This document shows positions 1 to 13,755 of a stretch of DNA of 64,000 nucleotides, one piece after another. The notes below the pieces were generated by a model. That model saw only the letters and a program-made list of their open reading frames with translations. It made no database searches and was not told the DNA's origin. A program made the translations under genes and the position numbers. Numbering within the stretch: position 1 is the first letter of the stretch; each line of letters begins with the position of its first letter. The stretch is from Cirrosporium novae-zelandiae (lineage: Eukaryota). The stretch lies in NCBI GenBank assembly GCA_026023565.1, contig JAPETS010000048.1:62001-126000 (forward strand). The letters run 5' to 3'.

Positions 1-792
1 TGGGATTGCCTGCGGCCTCAAAAGGGATTGAGTCCAGGACAGCTATATCATCAAATGATGAGCGTATATATTGCAAAATTTCCACAATAGATATATCTTT
101 ACGAGGCATTCTCTCAGAAATAGACTTGACCGATGGAAGTCCACGGGGGGATGAAGGATTACTTCCAGGAGGGGTGGCTCTTGCTGAACTGTCGGAATCC
201 TTGCGCGATTCTCCAGCAGTCGAAGTCCCATCTTCGGGCGGTCCTACACTAAAGGAAGACCCGCTGACATTTCGCGATGTTTTGGCAGACGTCGTGGTGC
301 TCGAAGTCCTCTTCGCGAACCAGTGTGGGAAGCCATGCCTCAAGCCAAACCCACCTGGAGGCAGTCTTTCTTCGTCGGTTGCACTGACAGTATCTGAATC
401 GGCTGTGCCAGCACTATACGTATATGTGGTTAGAGACACCAGCAACGGATGGAACATGTCCGTGTTGAATGTCACCAGCGGTGCTGCATCTGGGTAATTA
501 GGAGGAAAGGCGATTTCGAAACGTAAGATGGCTGGCGCATATGGACCTGAAATATGTGTTGGCCAATTACTTGAATGCCAAAAATTATATAATCCCCACC
601 TTTCCGTATGAAGAGAATACCAGACCAGACCGTGGGATCACCAGGGGTGAGGCTCAGGTAGAATCCATCTGGGGATGTCTGCTTTAGGCTCGCGCTGCAA
701 CCAAAATGTTACCTCTTGTTTTCAGACTGTGGGAGCATTGCATACAACTCCACCAGCAGATTCTGTCTTCGAAACGATTGTAGGAGAGACAT
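1..792 (-). CDS. Ubiquitin-conjugating-enzyme variant (Fused Toes/AKTIP/crossbronx-like, FHF complex subunit); 3' end runs off the window
   Basis: ATG at 792. Exons ~792-746, ~694-600 and 546-<1 joined by GT..AG introns give MSLLQSFRRQNLLVEFASLKQTSPDGFYLSLTPGDPTVWSGILFIRKGPYAPAILRFEIAFPPNYPDAAPLVTFNTDMFHPLL, a UBC-fold N-terminus. This frame is absent from the ORF track. Confidence 0.75.
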
Positions 793-1510
793 GTTGTTGT
801 GGAGCTTGAAAATTATGTTTGAGTGCTCGTCCTTGATTTTATCATTGATAAGTTTATATTGAATAGTACTTGATTTTGAATAGCGAATACGAAGTTGGAA
901 TTCACGTATTAGAATTCACGTGTTAGCGTTGGTCGCTTAAGTGCCCAATTGCGTGAAAGACGTAAATAGCCGGCCGTAGGAAGAGCAGTTTTGCTTTCCA
1001 GGACCCCCATGTGGGCCCCTGAACATTTCTTGATGGACACGGGACGACACAGGAGATTCTTTCACAGCACACATCTGTCAATTCCTTCTTCGCCAATGAG
1101 ATGCATTCTATCTATGTGGATTTTATGATTACATTCATCGTCCATGTTTTTGATCTCCCGGATGTTCCAACAGTCATAGATCAAATATCATTACTCGAGA
1201 TTGACAAGTTCTTTCGGAAATCGCTATTTCTTCGATTATGTAAATAAAGAAGGGGAGTCTATGACATTTCATACAATTGACAGCCGTTGTTCCATTCCCC
1301 TAATCCATATAAACTTATCGAAGAAAGACCAACCGGATATTCGCAAAACAAGAAAAACGAAATGCAGACAGACACATTATAGACCACAAGACCATCCGAA
1401 CATCATGCAAACGTTGTCGACTTCCTCCTTCACAGCAATCCTACGCACGCCAACATCGAAATGAAAACTGACTTTGAAGTAGACTGAAAAGCTGACCATC
1501 CCTCGATCAA

Positions 1511-2207
1511 TTAATTGTTTGTCTTGTCCTTGACTGCTTCCTTGGCTTCCTCCTTCTTAGAGCCCAAGTACTCGCTGATCCAACTCAAGGTATCGCTTGT
1601 GATCACTAGACTAGTTGTAATGAATGCCTTTCCACCAGCAACGATTCCATCACCACCGCACTTTTTGTACTCGCTCTGATATGTCTTGAACACATAGTCC
1701 TTGCTATCTCCAACCAGCTTCAGTGGATATGTTGCAAAGTCGAGAACAGTTCCCTTGACCTTTTCTGTCTCATCTTTGACAATCGGGAACTTCTCATCTA
1801 CCTTGGAGAGACCGGAGTCAGCCAGTGAGTCGGCCTTGTGTACGTAGGGAGCGGCATATTCGTAAGGCTTGGAGAGATAAGGAATCATCGGTTTGGCAAA
1901 GGTCTCATAGCCGTGTTCTGCGAGCTTGATAGACTTCTTGCCGTATGGGTTTGCCTGATAAGCCTCGATCGAGTCGTGGACAACAGGATAAGAGGCCAAA
2001 TGCTGTAATAATAATTAGCAATCACGTTACTTATGATTGAAGATTAAATCACTCAGTGCATTCGGTATAGCACTGAATGAGGACTACCGATTGAGTCATC
2101 CGATAGCTGACTGGGGGATTTGTAGAACTTACGGAAATGAATTGAGAGGATGGCTTTTCGCCATTAACAGCTGGTTCACCCATGTTGTTGTTTTCCGCGT
2201 GGGGCAT
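1511..2207 (-). CDS. CAP20/MPL1-like fungal perilipin (lipid droplet protein)
   Basis: Exon 1 2207-2133 (MPHAENNNMGEPAVNGEKPSSQFIS), intron 2132-2003 (GTAAGT..CAG), exon 2 2002-1511 (HLASYPVVHDSI..PYGKKS..YAAPYVHKADSLADSGLSKVDEKFPIV). These match CAP20-family motifs. Confidence 0.8.
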
Positions 2208-2667
2208 ATAGATAATAGTCGTCTTCAGGATAATGGGTTCAAGTTAGCGAGCGTTGACTATCACAGGAGGGACTGGGTGAGATAAAGTGGAAAATGTAAA
2301 TTGAATAACAATCTTTTGCAGCAGCTTCAGAGGTTAATAAATAAATAGGCTGGGGAACTTTCTCCTGTTTGCCTTGGGGGGTAACAGAAGCAGCTGCAAA
2401 GGTCTCGAGATTTGTCCTAACGGACCTAGCAGGGAAGTAGGGAAGCTATTTTTTGGCATGTGAAAGTCAGAAGCTCTCTTACCTTGCACAGAGATAAGCG
2501 ATTGTTTGCTGTTGAGAAAGAACAAAGAAACAATCGACTTCTTCGGCGGTGAATATAGATGTAAGTAAATGGGAAAGTTGAATTAGAAAGTGGAATTGGG
2601 GAATTTTGAATATAGAGAGAAATTGGTTCGGAATGATGGGAAGAGGGAAAAAGTAGAGAGAGCCATT

Positions 2668-2920
2668 GGGGGGGGGGGAAAGGTAAGGTAAGGTAAGGTA
2701 AGGTAAGGTAAGGTAGGCAGGTGCAGGTGGGTGTGTGTGTACTCGAGTAGCGGTAGCAGCAGTAGCAGTAGCAGCAGTAGCAGTTAGCAGTAGCAGTCAG
2801 TGGCAGTAGCAAGTTGGTAGTGGTAGGGGCAGGGCAGTTGGCAGTTGGCAGTTGGCAGCAGAGTGATAGGTACGGGTAGGCAACTAAGTTAGTATTATTA
2901 GTATTATTAGTATTATTATT
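2668..2920. repeat. Compound microsatellite block: poly-G, (AAGGT)7, (GCAGTA)n, (TTGGCAG)n, (TATTATTAG)n
   Basis: Tandem units read directly from the sequence, upstream of the CAP20-like gene. Confidence 0.9.
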
Positions 2921-3463
2921 ACATGCTAGGTACACATGTGCGTATTTTTCTTCATTACTGTTAGATTTTGACATGTGATCCTGTCCCTTGGCTCTCTTTG
3001 GTACAAGTCGCTTGATACTTTCCAAAACACTCTTGTAAGCCACAGTCAAAGCATATCGCACATATCGCATATCAATTTCTGTTGAATATATGACAGACGT
3101 CTTTTTCAACGGCAACATAGGGCGACCATGGCAAAAACCAAGGCCAACCAACTGTACCTCATACTTGATTTTCATGGCCACAACGGCATTATTCCCCGGA
3201 TCCTTTTCCTGCTTTCATTTCCCCCAACAAATATTTAGCAACTTATCTCGTCCGTCCGTCGGCTATGGACTAATGTATTTTATTATTATTCCATCATGGT
3301 CTGACCATGGTGACTGGATGAGGGAAACTTCAATGACATGATTCGTGTTGCGAATAAAAAAACATCCAAACTTTCTGCTGTCTTTTGACATGTGAAAAGC
3401 ATGTGCTGGACAAACGTTTGCTACACTTTCCATGGGATCATGAATCCGTCAGTGTGCCATCGT

Positions 3464-3500
3464 CAAGCATCTCCAAGCATCTCCAAGCATCTCCAAGCAT
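3464..3500. repeat. 10-bp tandem repeat (CTCCAAGCAT) x~3.7
   Basis: Directly visible. Confidence 0.85.
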
Positions 3501-4169
3501 CGTCAAATTCGTCGAATCCAACATCCAATAGATTCCTTGAGTTCCCTCCACCCCACGTTCTTGCAATCTGTACTTCTCTAATGTTCACAGATACACGCAC
3601 AGGGAATCTCCTCCTTCCAACCCGCTTTTTAGGTCAACCTCCTCCCATCCCACCTTCCCTTTCGCTCAACCTGGTGGCCCCAGCTGTGTGCTAGGCTATG
3701 AACCCTTTCATCATTTCAAAGCTGGAGAAAGCATCCCCAGGGTAAATTGGCCCCCTTCGTGTGTGTAGGGGACTTGGGATAGATAGGTGGAGAAAGCCAA
3801 GGCGGCAAAGATCTCTCCACATCCATCAAACACCCACTGATCGTGCTACACCATTCCCATCCAACATATACCATTCCCCACAACTCACATCTTGAATACA
3901 AATACAGATACAAATGCAAATACAAATAAATAGAACTACAAATCTGGGAATATACATCTTAATTCAAATAACTACGGATATCAAACTAGGAGACCAGAAT
4001 CGTAAAAGTCCCTCGGTCATCAAAAACATCATCCTACAACATAAAGACATCAAAGCAATAATACCATAGACACAACACTCATAAAATAAACGCCACGCTT
4101 CCAGAAACCTTCATTAAAGCCTTATGTCAAAAGACCCGTTCCTGCATATCCTCACCGTCCCCCAAAGTA

Positions 4170-7100
4170 TCACTCCGCCCCCCCTTCAACCGTTGCCGTG
4201 GGGAGATCGCTTCCAAGAGCATTGTCAGCACCTTGTCCAAAAACTACCAGATCGTTCTTGTCAGGTGCTGCCTCATCTGCTTTATCACTGTACTCGCTCC
4301 CACTTTCACCCTCCGAATCCTCTTCTTCCTCGTCAACCACTGCACCGTTGGGAACGCTCATATCTTCTGCTTCTTCATCAGACAGGTCACTACCATCAGC
4401 AGAACTACTCTCAGCCGCATAGCTGTCAGCAGCCGTGTCATCATAGCTCGTCCGCCGTTCTGTCGCTGTTTCACTACCAGTATCGCTCTCATCTTCTTCG
4501 CTGATCTCGTTCTCTTTGTCAACTATTGACGACATTGGCTGCCGCTCGGACCACGAGGGCTTTCTGCTTGGGATATTGGTTTTAACCGAATGGCTGCGTT
4601 TAAGATTGCCCAGCCCTTTGCTTCCAGCGGAGGAGATTATCGATGGCGTTGGAACTTTGTTTGCTCCAACTTCGCTGAGACTAAGGATTCTTCTCTCCTT
4701 TAGCCCAGCGGGCAAAGACATTCGAGCCGAATTAGGCTTTCTTCGTAGTGCCATACCAATCCCGCCACTGAGAGCACTGCCATGATCTTTCCCACCCTTA
4801 GCCTTTGTGCCTGTGCCCGCATTGCTTGATACCCTCTTGAGATTCATCGCTTTGGTGCTGTGGGGTCGACTGATCAACAGACTTCGGGAATGGTCGAGAA
4901 CGCCCTCCAAAATCCTTCTTTCCAGTTCCTCAGCACGATTTTCTACCAAAGAAACCTCCTCCTTTCGTATTCGGAGCGCAGTTTCCAAGGCACTAACATC
5001 AGCTCTGAGCAGGGCTTTCTGAGAGGCAAGCTCTTCCTTTTCTCGTTTCATAGCTTCTACAGCAGAAAGTAATGCATCCTTTTCAGCCTTCAAGTCTGCG
5101 ATTTCGGCCTCAACATGTTCTTTCTCCGCAACACGTCTCTCTAAAGCAACAGCAGCTTCCTGCGCTTCCTTCGCCATATTTTCTTGATCTTCGGCGATGA
5201 GCGTACGTTGAGAAGCGACGAATTGACCAATTTCAGTTGCGGTATTTTTAACTTGTTGGTGGATTTGGTCAAGCATTTGCATCGAGGTAAGCGCTTGCCC
5301 TGCGGCTGCGGCATGACCAAGGAGTTCATTGAGCTTCTCCTGGACAGGTGAATCGTCATATTTTTCTTGAAGACTTAACAGTTCGGCGAGCTTTGCTTGT
5401 ACAGCTGAATCATCATATTTTTCCTGGGAGCTGATTAAAGCTTGGAGTTCATTAAGTTTTTCTTGGACTGCTGAGTCGTCATACTTTTGGCTCAACAGTT
5501 CGGCAAGCTTCTGTTGAACCATTGAATCGTCGTACTTTTCTTGAGCACTAATCAACCCATGTAGTTCACCAAGCTTCTCCTGAATAGTTGAATCATCATA
5601 CTTTTCTTGAGCGGTTATTAATCCGTGTAGTTCATTGAGCTTCTCTTGAATGGCTGAATCGTCGTACTTTTCTTGAGCACTAACTAATCCGTGCAGTTCA
5701 CCAAGCTTCTCTTGAATAGTTGAGTCATCATACTTTTCTTGGCCGCTAATCAATCCGTGTAGTTCGGCAAGCTTGTCTTGTACGACTGAATCATCGTATT
5801 TTTCGCGGCTCAATAACTCAGTGAGCTTCTCTTGAACTGGTGAATCGTCGTACTTTTCTTGATTTAATAATTCACCAAGCTTTTCTTGAACTGGTGAATC
5901 ATCGTACTTTTCTTGGCCGCTGATCAATTCTCGCAGTTCATTGAGTTTCTCGTGGAGCACAGTGTCATCATATTTCTCAGGAGGTGGCATTATAGCCGGA
6001 GGAGGGATTTCGGGCATTGGGATGGCAGATGGTATACCATCTACAGTACACTTGATGACCTCGGTGCTAGTCTTGAGTTCTTCAGTGGTGGTTTTGATTT
6101 CCTCCGTAGCCTTTTGTGCTTGCTCGAACTGAGAGCTAATAAGATCGAGAACATTCTTGATCGAGTCTAGAATCTTGGGATGATTCTCTGCTACCTGGCC
6201 TTCTAAGCCACCAAGTGCAGTCAGGACCTTTGCGACCTCATCCCTTGTGAGCTGGTGATCACCCTTGGCATCGCTTCGTACCTCTTCAACCTTGTTATAG
6301 GTTTCATCGACACGTGTGAAGACAGTCTTGGACTCGTCGCCTAGCCTTTCAGCCGTCTCCGTCACTGTCGCTCCAAGAGTATCAACACATTCTTTGAGAT
6401 CCTTTGAGACTGCTTCGATAGACAGCGCGGCCCCCAGAGTCTTTTCACCATTGTCTTCGAGGGCTTTAATCTTCGCATCACTTGCTATCTGAGAATCATC
6501 ATATTTGGTCATGATTTCCTCAAAACGCTCGTCGATCTTGGCCTTGAGATCTGCAATTATAGTAGCCTGGACTTCATCATGTTTTGCAATTATAGAAGCC
6601 TGAACTTCATCATGTCTTGCAATTATAGAAGCCTGGACTTCATCATGTTTTGCGACTAGATTCGTGTGCTTCTCCTCGGTGTCAAGCTTGGTCGCATCGA
6701 CTTGACCATGGGCGCGTTCGAATTCTTTAGTCACCAGTTCCGATAGCTCTTTGAGGCCATCCGTCGTAGCATGCGTTGCCAAAACTGTAGTATGTGTCGC
6801 TAGGACCGCTTCGACGCCTTCTAGCATCTTCACTAGACCTTCTAGTCCATTTCCGACTCCATTTCCGATTTCTTTTCCACTGTCGTCTATAGCCTCTTTT
6901 AACTCGGTTCTGACAGCCTCGACAAATGATTTGACGTCTTCGATTTTTGTAGCCAGTCCACCGTGCTCAATCTTGCGGGCATCAAAGGCTTGAGCTACCA
7001 GGTCGTTCTCGGCTTCCACATTCTCTTTGAACTCTTTGACCAAGTTTTCGAGCGATTCGATATTTTCTTTAGTTGGAAGAGTATCGGGATCCGGTATCCT

Positions 7101-10100
7101 CATACCCTCGATCAAGACGTTCATTTCAGTACACAAAGTTCCGATTGCTTCAATATCGACCTTGGTGACGGCCTTTTCTTCGTCATCCTTCATCTGTTCG
7201 CGGACTTCCTCGACATTGGATTGGACATCCTTAATAAGTGCTTCCAAAACACCAAAGTCAGCCTTAGAAGCTCCATCAGCAGCCATCTGGGCGGAAAATT
7301 CATCAATCGCAGTCTTGGTATCCTTCAGAGTGTTCTCAAGAGTCTCCAATTGTTCTGCACGAGCCACAGTATCTGGCTGAGGGAAGACTATCTCATCAAC
7401 CTTCGCTTTAGTGTTACGAAGTAGAGTTTCAATAGCATCCGTATCGTCTTTGGTGGCAGTATTTACGTCCTCACGGCTAGCGAGGTCTCCAATAGCAGCT
7501 TGTACCTCTTTTACCGTGAGGTCGATTCCACCCAACGTTTCCTTTAGAGCTGCCTCGACGCTTGCAAGATCCCCTTTGGCGGCTAAATCGTCTTTGAGAG
7601 AGGCTTCTACGTTGGCAAGATCCCCCTTTGCAGCCAAGTCTTCTTTAAGAGAGGCCTCTATGTTTGAGAGATCATCTTTCCTTATGCTATCCTCGAAAGG
7701 TTCAGCTGAGGGGTGCTGTTGACTTGCGAGAGTATCAAGAGCTTCCACTTTGATCCGAAGTTGTGTGATTAGGACTTCAAGATTGGCAATATCATCTTTT
7801 GTTAGTGTCCCCCCAGGTGAGGCAAAATCCCCGGTTCGGCTGAGAGCAAGCTCTTCATTTTTGCCTTTCTCTTCCTTTAAGCTGTCGATCTCAGACTTTA
7901 AGTTTGCAAGACCTTCTTTAAGAGTTTCTAAGATGTCATAGTTGACAGTCATATCCGATGGCTTCGCTATTTTATCGATATCAGCTCGAAGATCCGCTAG
8001 GCCATCGCTAAAGGCGTCAAGAAGTTCGCTTGTATTTGAAAGAATGCTTCCTTCTTTGTGTGGGTTAGGTCCAAGGTCTAGTCTAATACTGTCAATGCCT
8101 TCCCTTAGAGCATCGAGAATTTCATCCTTATCAGCCGAAGATGAACCCCCTTGAAGAATATTTGTCGCGAGCGTCTCCCGAAGATGCTCGAACTCCTCTT
8201 TCATCGTCATAGCAAGGTTCGAGTTATCGTCACTAGGGCTCTTGGACTTTGCCTCTTCAAATCCATCACGAATGGCGTCAAGAATTTCGTCTTTGTCATT
8301 GGAGATATCCGTTCGCACGAGCGAGCTTCCAATGGTCTGACGGAGATGATCGAACTCCTTTTCGAGAGCATCAAGTATTTCGGTGGTATTCCCTGAACCC
8401 AAGTTGCGCGTGTTATTGATAATGGAGGCATCGATCTCATCTCTAAGAGACCCCAGACATCCTTTGACCGTGTCAATGATTTCATCTTTATCTCCAGAAT
8501 CATTACCGATGGTTTGCCGAAGAACATCGAATTCCTTCTCAAGCGCTACTAGAATTTCTGCAGTATTCCCTCCTGCCGGCTGGGGAACGGTAACAAGTGC
8601 CGTTGAAAATTCTTCTTTGATTGAGTCCAAGCCGGTTTTCAAGGCATCGATAATATCGTCTTTATCAGTGGAGCCCTCGCTGCGGACTAAGGAGGTGGCT
8701 AACGTCTGGCGCAAATGGTCGAACTCTCTCTCCAGGGTATCAAGAATTTCACTGTTATTGTCGGCAGAAGCAACATCATCCTGCCTTTTCGCAAGGGATG
8801 ACTCAAGATCCTCTCTTAAAGTGTCCAGTCCACCTTTTAGAGTATCGATGATTTCATCTCTACCAGTCACATCTGCTGTACGATCGACATAGGACTCAAT
8901 GTCGGTTCTCAGAACTTCCAGGCCGTCCTTGAGAGCATCCAGGACTTGTTCAGTATCTCTTCCACTCGCAGCTGAGTATTGCTTAAATTCAGACTTCATA
9001 TCCCCAATAAGGCTTTCCATAGTCGTCAGGACACGTTCTCCAACACCATCATTTGGTGAAGGTGCGCCTTCCAGTCCGGCCCTTACTGCATCCATGAGAT
9101 CCTCCTTGTTGAACTCGATCTCTTTGGAGAAAGACGGCTCAGTAGCTAGTGCCTCTTTCACCGCATCTTGGACGTCATCTTTGGTTAAATCAAGCTCCTT
9201 TGCTGGTGGTGGAGTTGGGAATTCAAAATTCTCGAGACATTCTCGAACGGCACTAAGGATTTCTTCTCGGGTGATACTAGCTTTGGTCTCGATAGGTGCT
9301 GGGACCGGGAAGTCCTGCAAGCCTGCTTTTACTGCTTCAAGAACTTCTTCATAGGTTGCACCCGAATCCTCTCTGGGTTGGTCCTGAGGTTGATATTCCT
9401 GTAGTCCTTCCTTCAGACACTGGAGCAGCTCATCCCTCTCAAGGCCAAAATGTTGGACCTCGATCTCAGGCTTATAGTTCTCCCAAGCCTCTCTTACTGC
9501 GTCAATGATATCTTCCCGCTCGACAGAAATGGCAGAGTCTTGAGGTAGGCCTCTAGGTAGAGGAACTTCCGCAAGGGCATTTTTGACGGCGTTAAAGATC
9601 TCTTGGCCATCAACTTCACTCCGAGAAATCATGGAAGAAGAAGAGGACCGCCGTTTTTCTCGCATGACATGTTGCATGTGTTCCTTGAGTTCAGCAAGGC
9701 TGGTTTGTATGATCTCTGCTATTTCTTCCGTATCAGGACCTCTGGTCTCATCACCAGAGCTACGTTGCTGGGATAATTCGGCCTCTTCTAGCTTTCGAGC
9801 GATCTCGCGTCCCATGCCTAAGACCTCGCCTCGCAGCTCCCGAACCAATGCTTTCACTTCGTTTGTAAGGCCGCCGCTCTCAGCAACACTATCTTTCATC
9901 CTCTTTAAAAGCTTCCATACGTCCTCAGTGACGAAATCGGAAGCTTTGGGGGCTGGCTCATTCCACATATCTCCGCCGTTGCTATGAAGATCTGGGAACG
10001 CTCGCGCAAGCGATCCAGACCGGCCATTAGAGTACTCTGAGTCGCTTATAGGAGGGATATTTCCTGTTCCGCCGCCGTTGTGAACAATGAGGGCGCGGCT

Positions 10101-11432
10101 TTCAGCATTTTCCTTGATAAACTGATGTATTTCTTCGAGTTTTTTCATGGTCGGCTTGTCTGCGTCCTCAGAAGCTTCCTTCCCAATAGCATCTTCTAGC
10201 GCTTTTATTACACGCTCCTGTCCCTCTTTGGTGCCCATTTCTCGAAGGATCTTTTCAAGAAGAGCAATTGATGCAGCGCCCTCCATGGGATATGGTGATG
10301 GAGAAGTCACCATATCTCGGTCAATACTCGGACCGAATCCACTTGGGCTTGGAATTCGGGGGAGGGTAAACCCCTTGGGAGCTCCAGCAGTCATACCTTT
10401 GTTTTCTAGGAGGGAGAATCCGGCCTGTTGATCTTTGACTGATTCAATACGGTTTGCCATATTTGATACTAGTTCTCGTAGACTCCGACGAATGTCTTCG
10501 TCACGGGAATTGGTTGCTTCTCGGAGACTCAATAGGTCGGTAGCGTTATCTTTACTCCTCCTGCTCAATTGCATCATTTCGCGTTGTAAGCTGGTGCAAA
10601 TATTTGTGAGGCTAAGGATCTGTGTGGAAATCGCATCAAAAGACTGAGGGTTTCGGATCAATGCTGATGGTGCGTTTAATGACATATCCTTGAGTGGATC
10701 ACCATCAAGGCTGGAAGGAACAGCCATGTTCTGCAAAGCACGCATGGTAGCGGAAGGAGGTGTGTTTTCACCAAGTATAGGTTTAGAGTAATGCCTGCTA
10801 GACGGCCGTCCCGACGGTATGTCTTGATCGCCGAAATCCCTTTCTGGAGGACTCCTTGGACCATTTCTACTTGGGCTGCATTCTGGTGATTTGTTTTCGA
10901 AATTTCTTAGATTATCGGGAGATCGAAGGAATCTTTCTGGTGACCGCTCTGGGGTCCTTGTTTCGATATATTTACTTAGGTCTCGAACAGTTCCAGTCTG
11001 CAGAGACTGCATGCGCTTATGCTGGGCGCTTCTGATTAAAGTCTTCTCGGGTGATTTAGGTGGAGGTGGATTTGTGATGTAGTTGCCTAAGCTGGCCGTT
11101 GCTTTCTCATGGAGTGCAGCGGCTGCGGCGGCGACGGTCGCAGATGTATTTGGTCTGGTAACAGTAGCAGGAGATCCAGGATTGAGCGGAAGCGGAGGTG
11201 GATTCCGATCCGGATCTGAGCTGTCCCACCTGTGTTTTCCAAATCTCGAGATTAGTTTCATTATCTACCAAGCGCATTGCTGTCGCACACCAGACGCAAC
11301 GGCATTTTTTGACGGAAATAAAGCGAAAACAAAGGAATTATCATACATTGGTAACCGTCCGTCAGAATAAGAATGCTGATGCTTTACTACCAGCTCTCGA
11401 TCGTGAGAGCTATCCCTTTCAACAGCGGGCAT
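4170..11432 (-). CDS. Large (~2380 aa) conserved fungal acidic coiled-coil protein with internal repeats; function unknown
   Basis: Exon 1 11432-11347 (MPAVERDSSHDRELVVKHQHSYSDGRLP-AT), intron 11346-11230 (GTATGA..CAG), exon 2 11229-4170 continuing M|WDSSDPDRNPPPLPLNP. A 7-kb uninterrupted ORF rich in heptad repeats. Confidence 0.85.
5318..5978 (-). repeat. Coding tandem repeat: 11 copies of EKYDDSxxQEKLxEL(xxL)xxQ (18-22 aa units)
   Basis: Counted in the translation; the DNA units TCATCRTAYTTTTC are visible on the + strand. Confidence 0.9.
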
Positions 11433-11956
11433 TGCTTGTGCGCGGCGGATGTCTCAGTCTTTCGGTCAAGAATTAGACGAGGAATGTAAATGTAGCGATG
11501 GATCGGAATGCAATTCTAGCTTAAGTTTAAAGTTAGGAAGGCAGCATTGCCTTCCTTGAGCTCAATTGCAGTAATAATTCAGTCGCAAAGAGCTACTTAA
11601 TAAAGGTGCAGAAGTTTGCGCACAAATTCAAGCATAAGGGATGAAGAAAACAGGTGGGTGGAAGATAAAGGTCATGAGTTGGCAGAAGCAGGTCATGGAT
11701 GGTTAGCTCTTGCAAAACAAAAACACTGTTTACATTTGTCCGTAAGCGGGTTAGCTTAACGCTTTACAATCACTACGAGTACAATGATACCCTAACCACC
11801 CCCATTGGCTGGTTTCTTCGCCTACTCAGCCAATGACGGAACAAAGGCTATTCCGGCTACCGCCCACAAATCCATTCCAACTCCAACATCCAAATTTCGC
11901 ATTGACGATACGATATCAATAAGGAACCACCACCACCACCTTCGACAACATCCAAA

Positions 11957-12628
11957 ATGAAGTGTAAGTATTATCACTCTAGGTATATCCTTATCATCAG
12001 TTGAGCTAAAACATTTTTTTCAGTCCTCAAAGTCGGAAGGGTAGCTATTATCACCCGCGGTAGATACGCCGGAAAGAAGGTACGACGACCTTGATTTCTT
12101 CACAAATATGTTACTCTTGAAGGATACATGCAATTCCGAATCACATCACATTTGAATCAGCTTGCTAGAAGATCTGAAATTAGATCTGGAATCTAAGGAC
12201 TAATCCTCATTATTTCTCTAGGTCGTCATTATCCAGCCTCTGGACAATGGCTCCAAATCCCACCCATTCCCTCACGCCCTCGTTGCCGGCATTGAACGAT
12301 ACCCAGCACAAGTAACCCGACGCATGTCGAAGGCAAAGGTTGCCAAGCGATCGAAAGTCAAGCCTTTTATCAAGACTGTCAACTACAACCATCTCATGCC
12401 CACTCGATACACCCTTGAGCTGGAAGGTCTGAAGAACGTCATCACCCAAGACACATTCAAGGAAGTGTCGCAGAGGGAGGATGCCAAGAGGACGGTGAAG
12501 AAGGCTTTGGAGGAGAGATACACCAGCGGGAAGAACAGGTGGTTCTTTACTCAACTACGTATGTTTCTAACAAGCTATAAACTTTTTTTTTCTGTGGAAT
12601 TGTAGACTAACCGAATGCAGGGTTCTGA
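11957..12628 (+). CDS. RPL27: 60S ribosomal protein L27 (eL27)
   Basis: Exons 11957-11963, 12024-12079, 12222-12558 and 12621-12628 give [54 protein letters not shown]. Confidence 0.97.
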
Positions 12629-13755
12629 GCTTCGGGCGTCTGGGTGTGAATTAGCTGGCAGTGTGAACGATCTCTCTTAGGGAGGATTATGATACAGTCA
12701 AAAAGATTCGAATGAAAAGATTTCAAAATTTCCATTTCTCCTGTTGCTGATCGTTTTGACAATTGGGCCAATACAAAGTAAAGCAGGACCTCGCATAAGG
12801 ACGTCATGGATTTGTCCGAATCGAGATATATACTGAGCTCGAACGTTTTTCCTTCGAATGACCAAAGGTATTCATTCCTAAGTTTCTTTAGGTGAAAAGT
12901 TACGGCTTAGTATTCCATAAATAGAATCAAAAGCACTACCCTTCACCTGGTGACATATCTTTTGCATCTCACACACCTTCTCTTTCCATTGTTTCACAAC
13001 CCATTTGATGACATCGGCCCAATATCAGTGATTGTGGCTCTGCATGATTTCTTAAACAAGATAGCATTCCAACTCCCTATCTATCTCTCCTGTGGATAAT
13101 ACCCGCTACTGTTCCTTGAACCTTCCAACCCAACCAACGGAAGTTGAAAGGTAAAATAACTATATGTAGCCGCATTGTGGATTTACACATTCCAGGAGAC
13201 TCACCAAGTACGGTGACTAAAGTAACAAATACGTTGAAAACACTAATTATATAAAATCCGAATTTGTTTCTAGGACTTGATAAGAAGTATTGTATACCTC
13301 TTCTGCAAAAGTATCTAGGTATTCACCGACCGACTGGCTGGTAATAGGTACCGCGTAACTTGCTCGGGGCCTATTATACAGTGTTCTCAGTGGACCGTTA
13401 CGTACATGTACACGTACAGCGATATGTGTTGATGGGCACAATGCTATTATGAAAGTATGTACTGTACAGTAACGCAACCAGGTTCTCCAAGACGTTTTTA
13501 TTATTAGATTAGCTTTGCCATTCTGCCTACATTAATGCGTTTCTACATAGTGAGACATCTTACGTGGAGTAGATATCCAACACAACACATCTCCCAACTA
13601 AGCCATGATTCAAAAACGTAACTTATCAAATGAACTTTTTGGTATCAGAGCCCCGGTAGTACCCATTTCTTCCCAAGGAGGAAAGTAATATACACACACA
13701 CATGAACATCTGCTCCATCCAAGGTCCTCGTTAATTATATCTTTCAACAATGTCG

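Noticed and set aside
6..497. 163-aa plus-strand ORF
   Set aside because: Antisense shadow of the minus-strand UBC-variant exon.
2426..3181. 251-aa Cys-rich ORF
   Set aside because: Translation of microsatellites; no real domain.
12080..12221. Intronic snoRNA in RPL27 intron 2
   Set aside because: No convincing C/D or H/ACA box arrangement.
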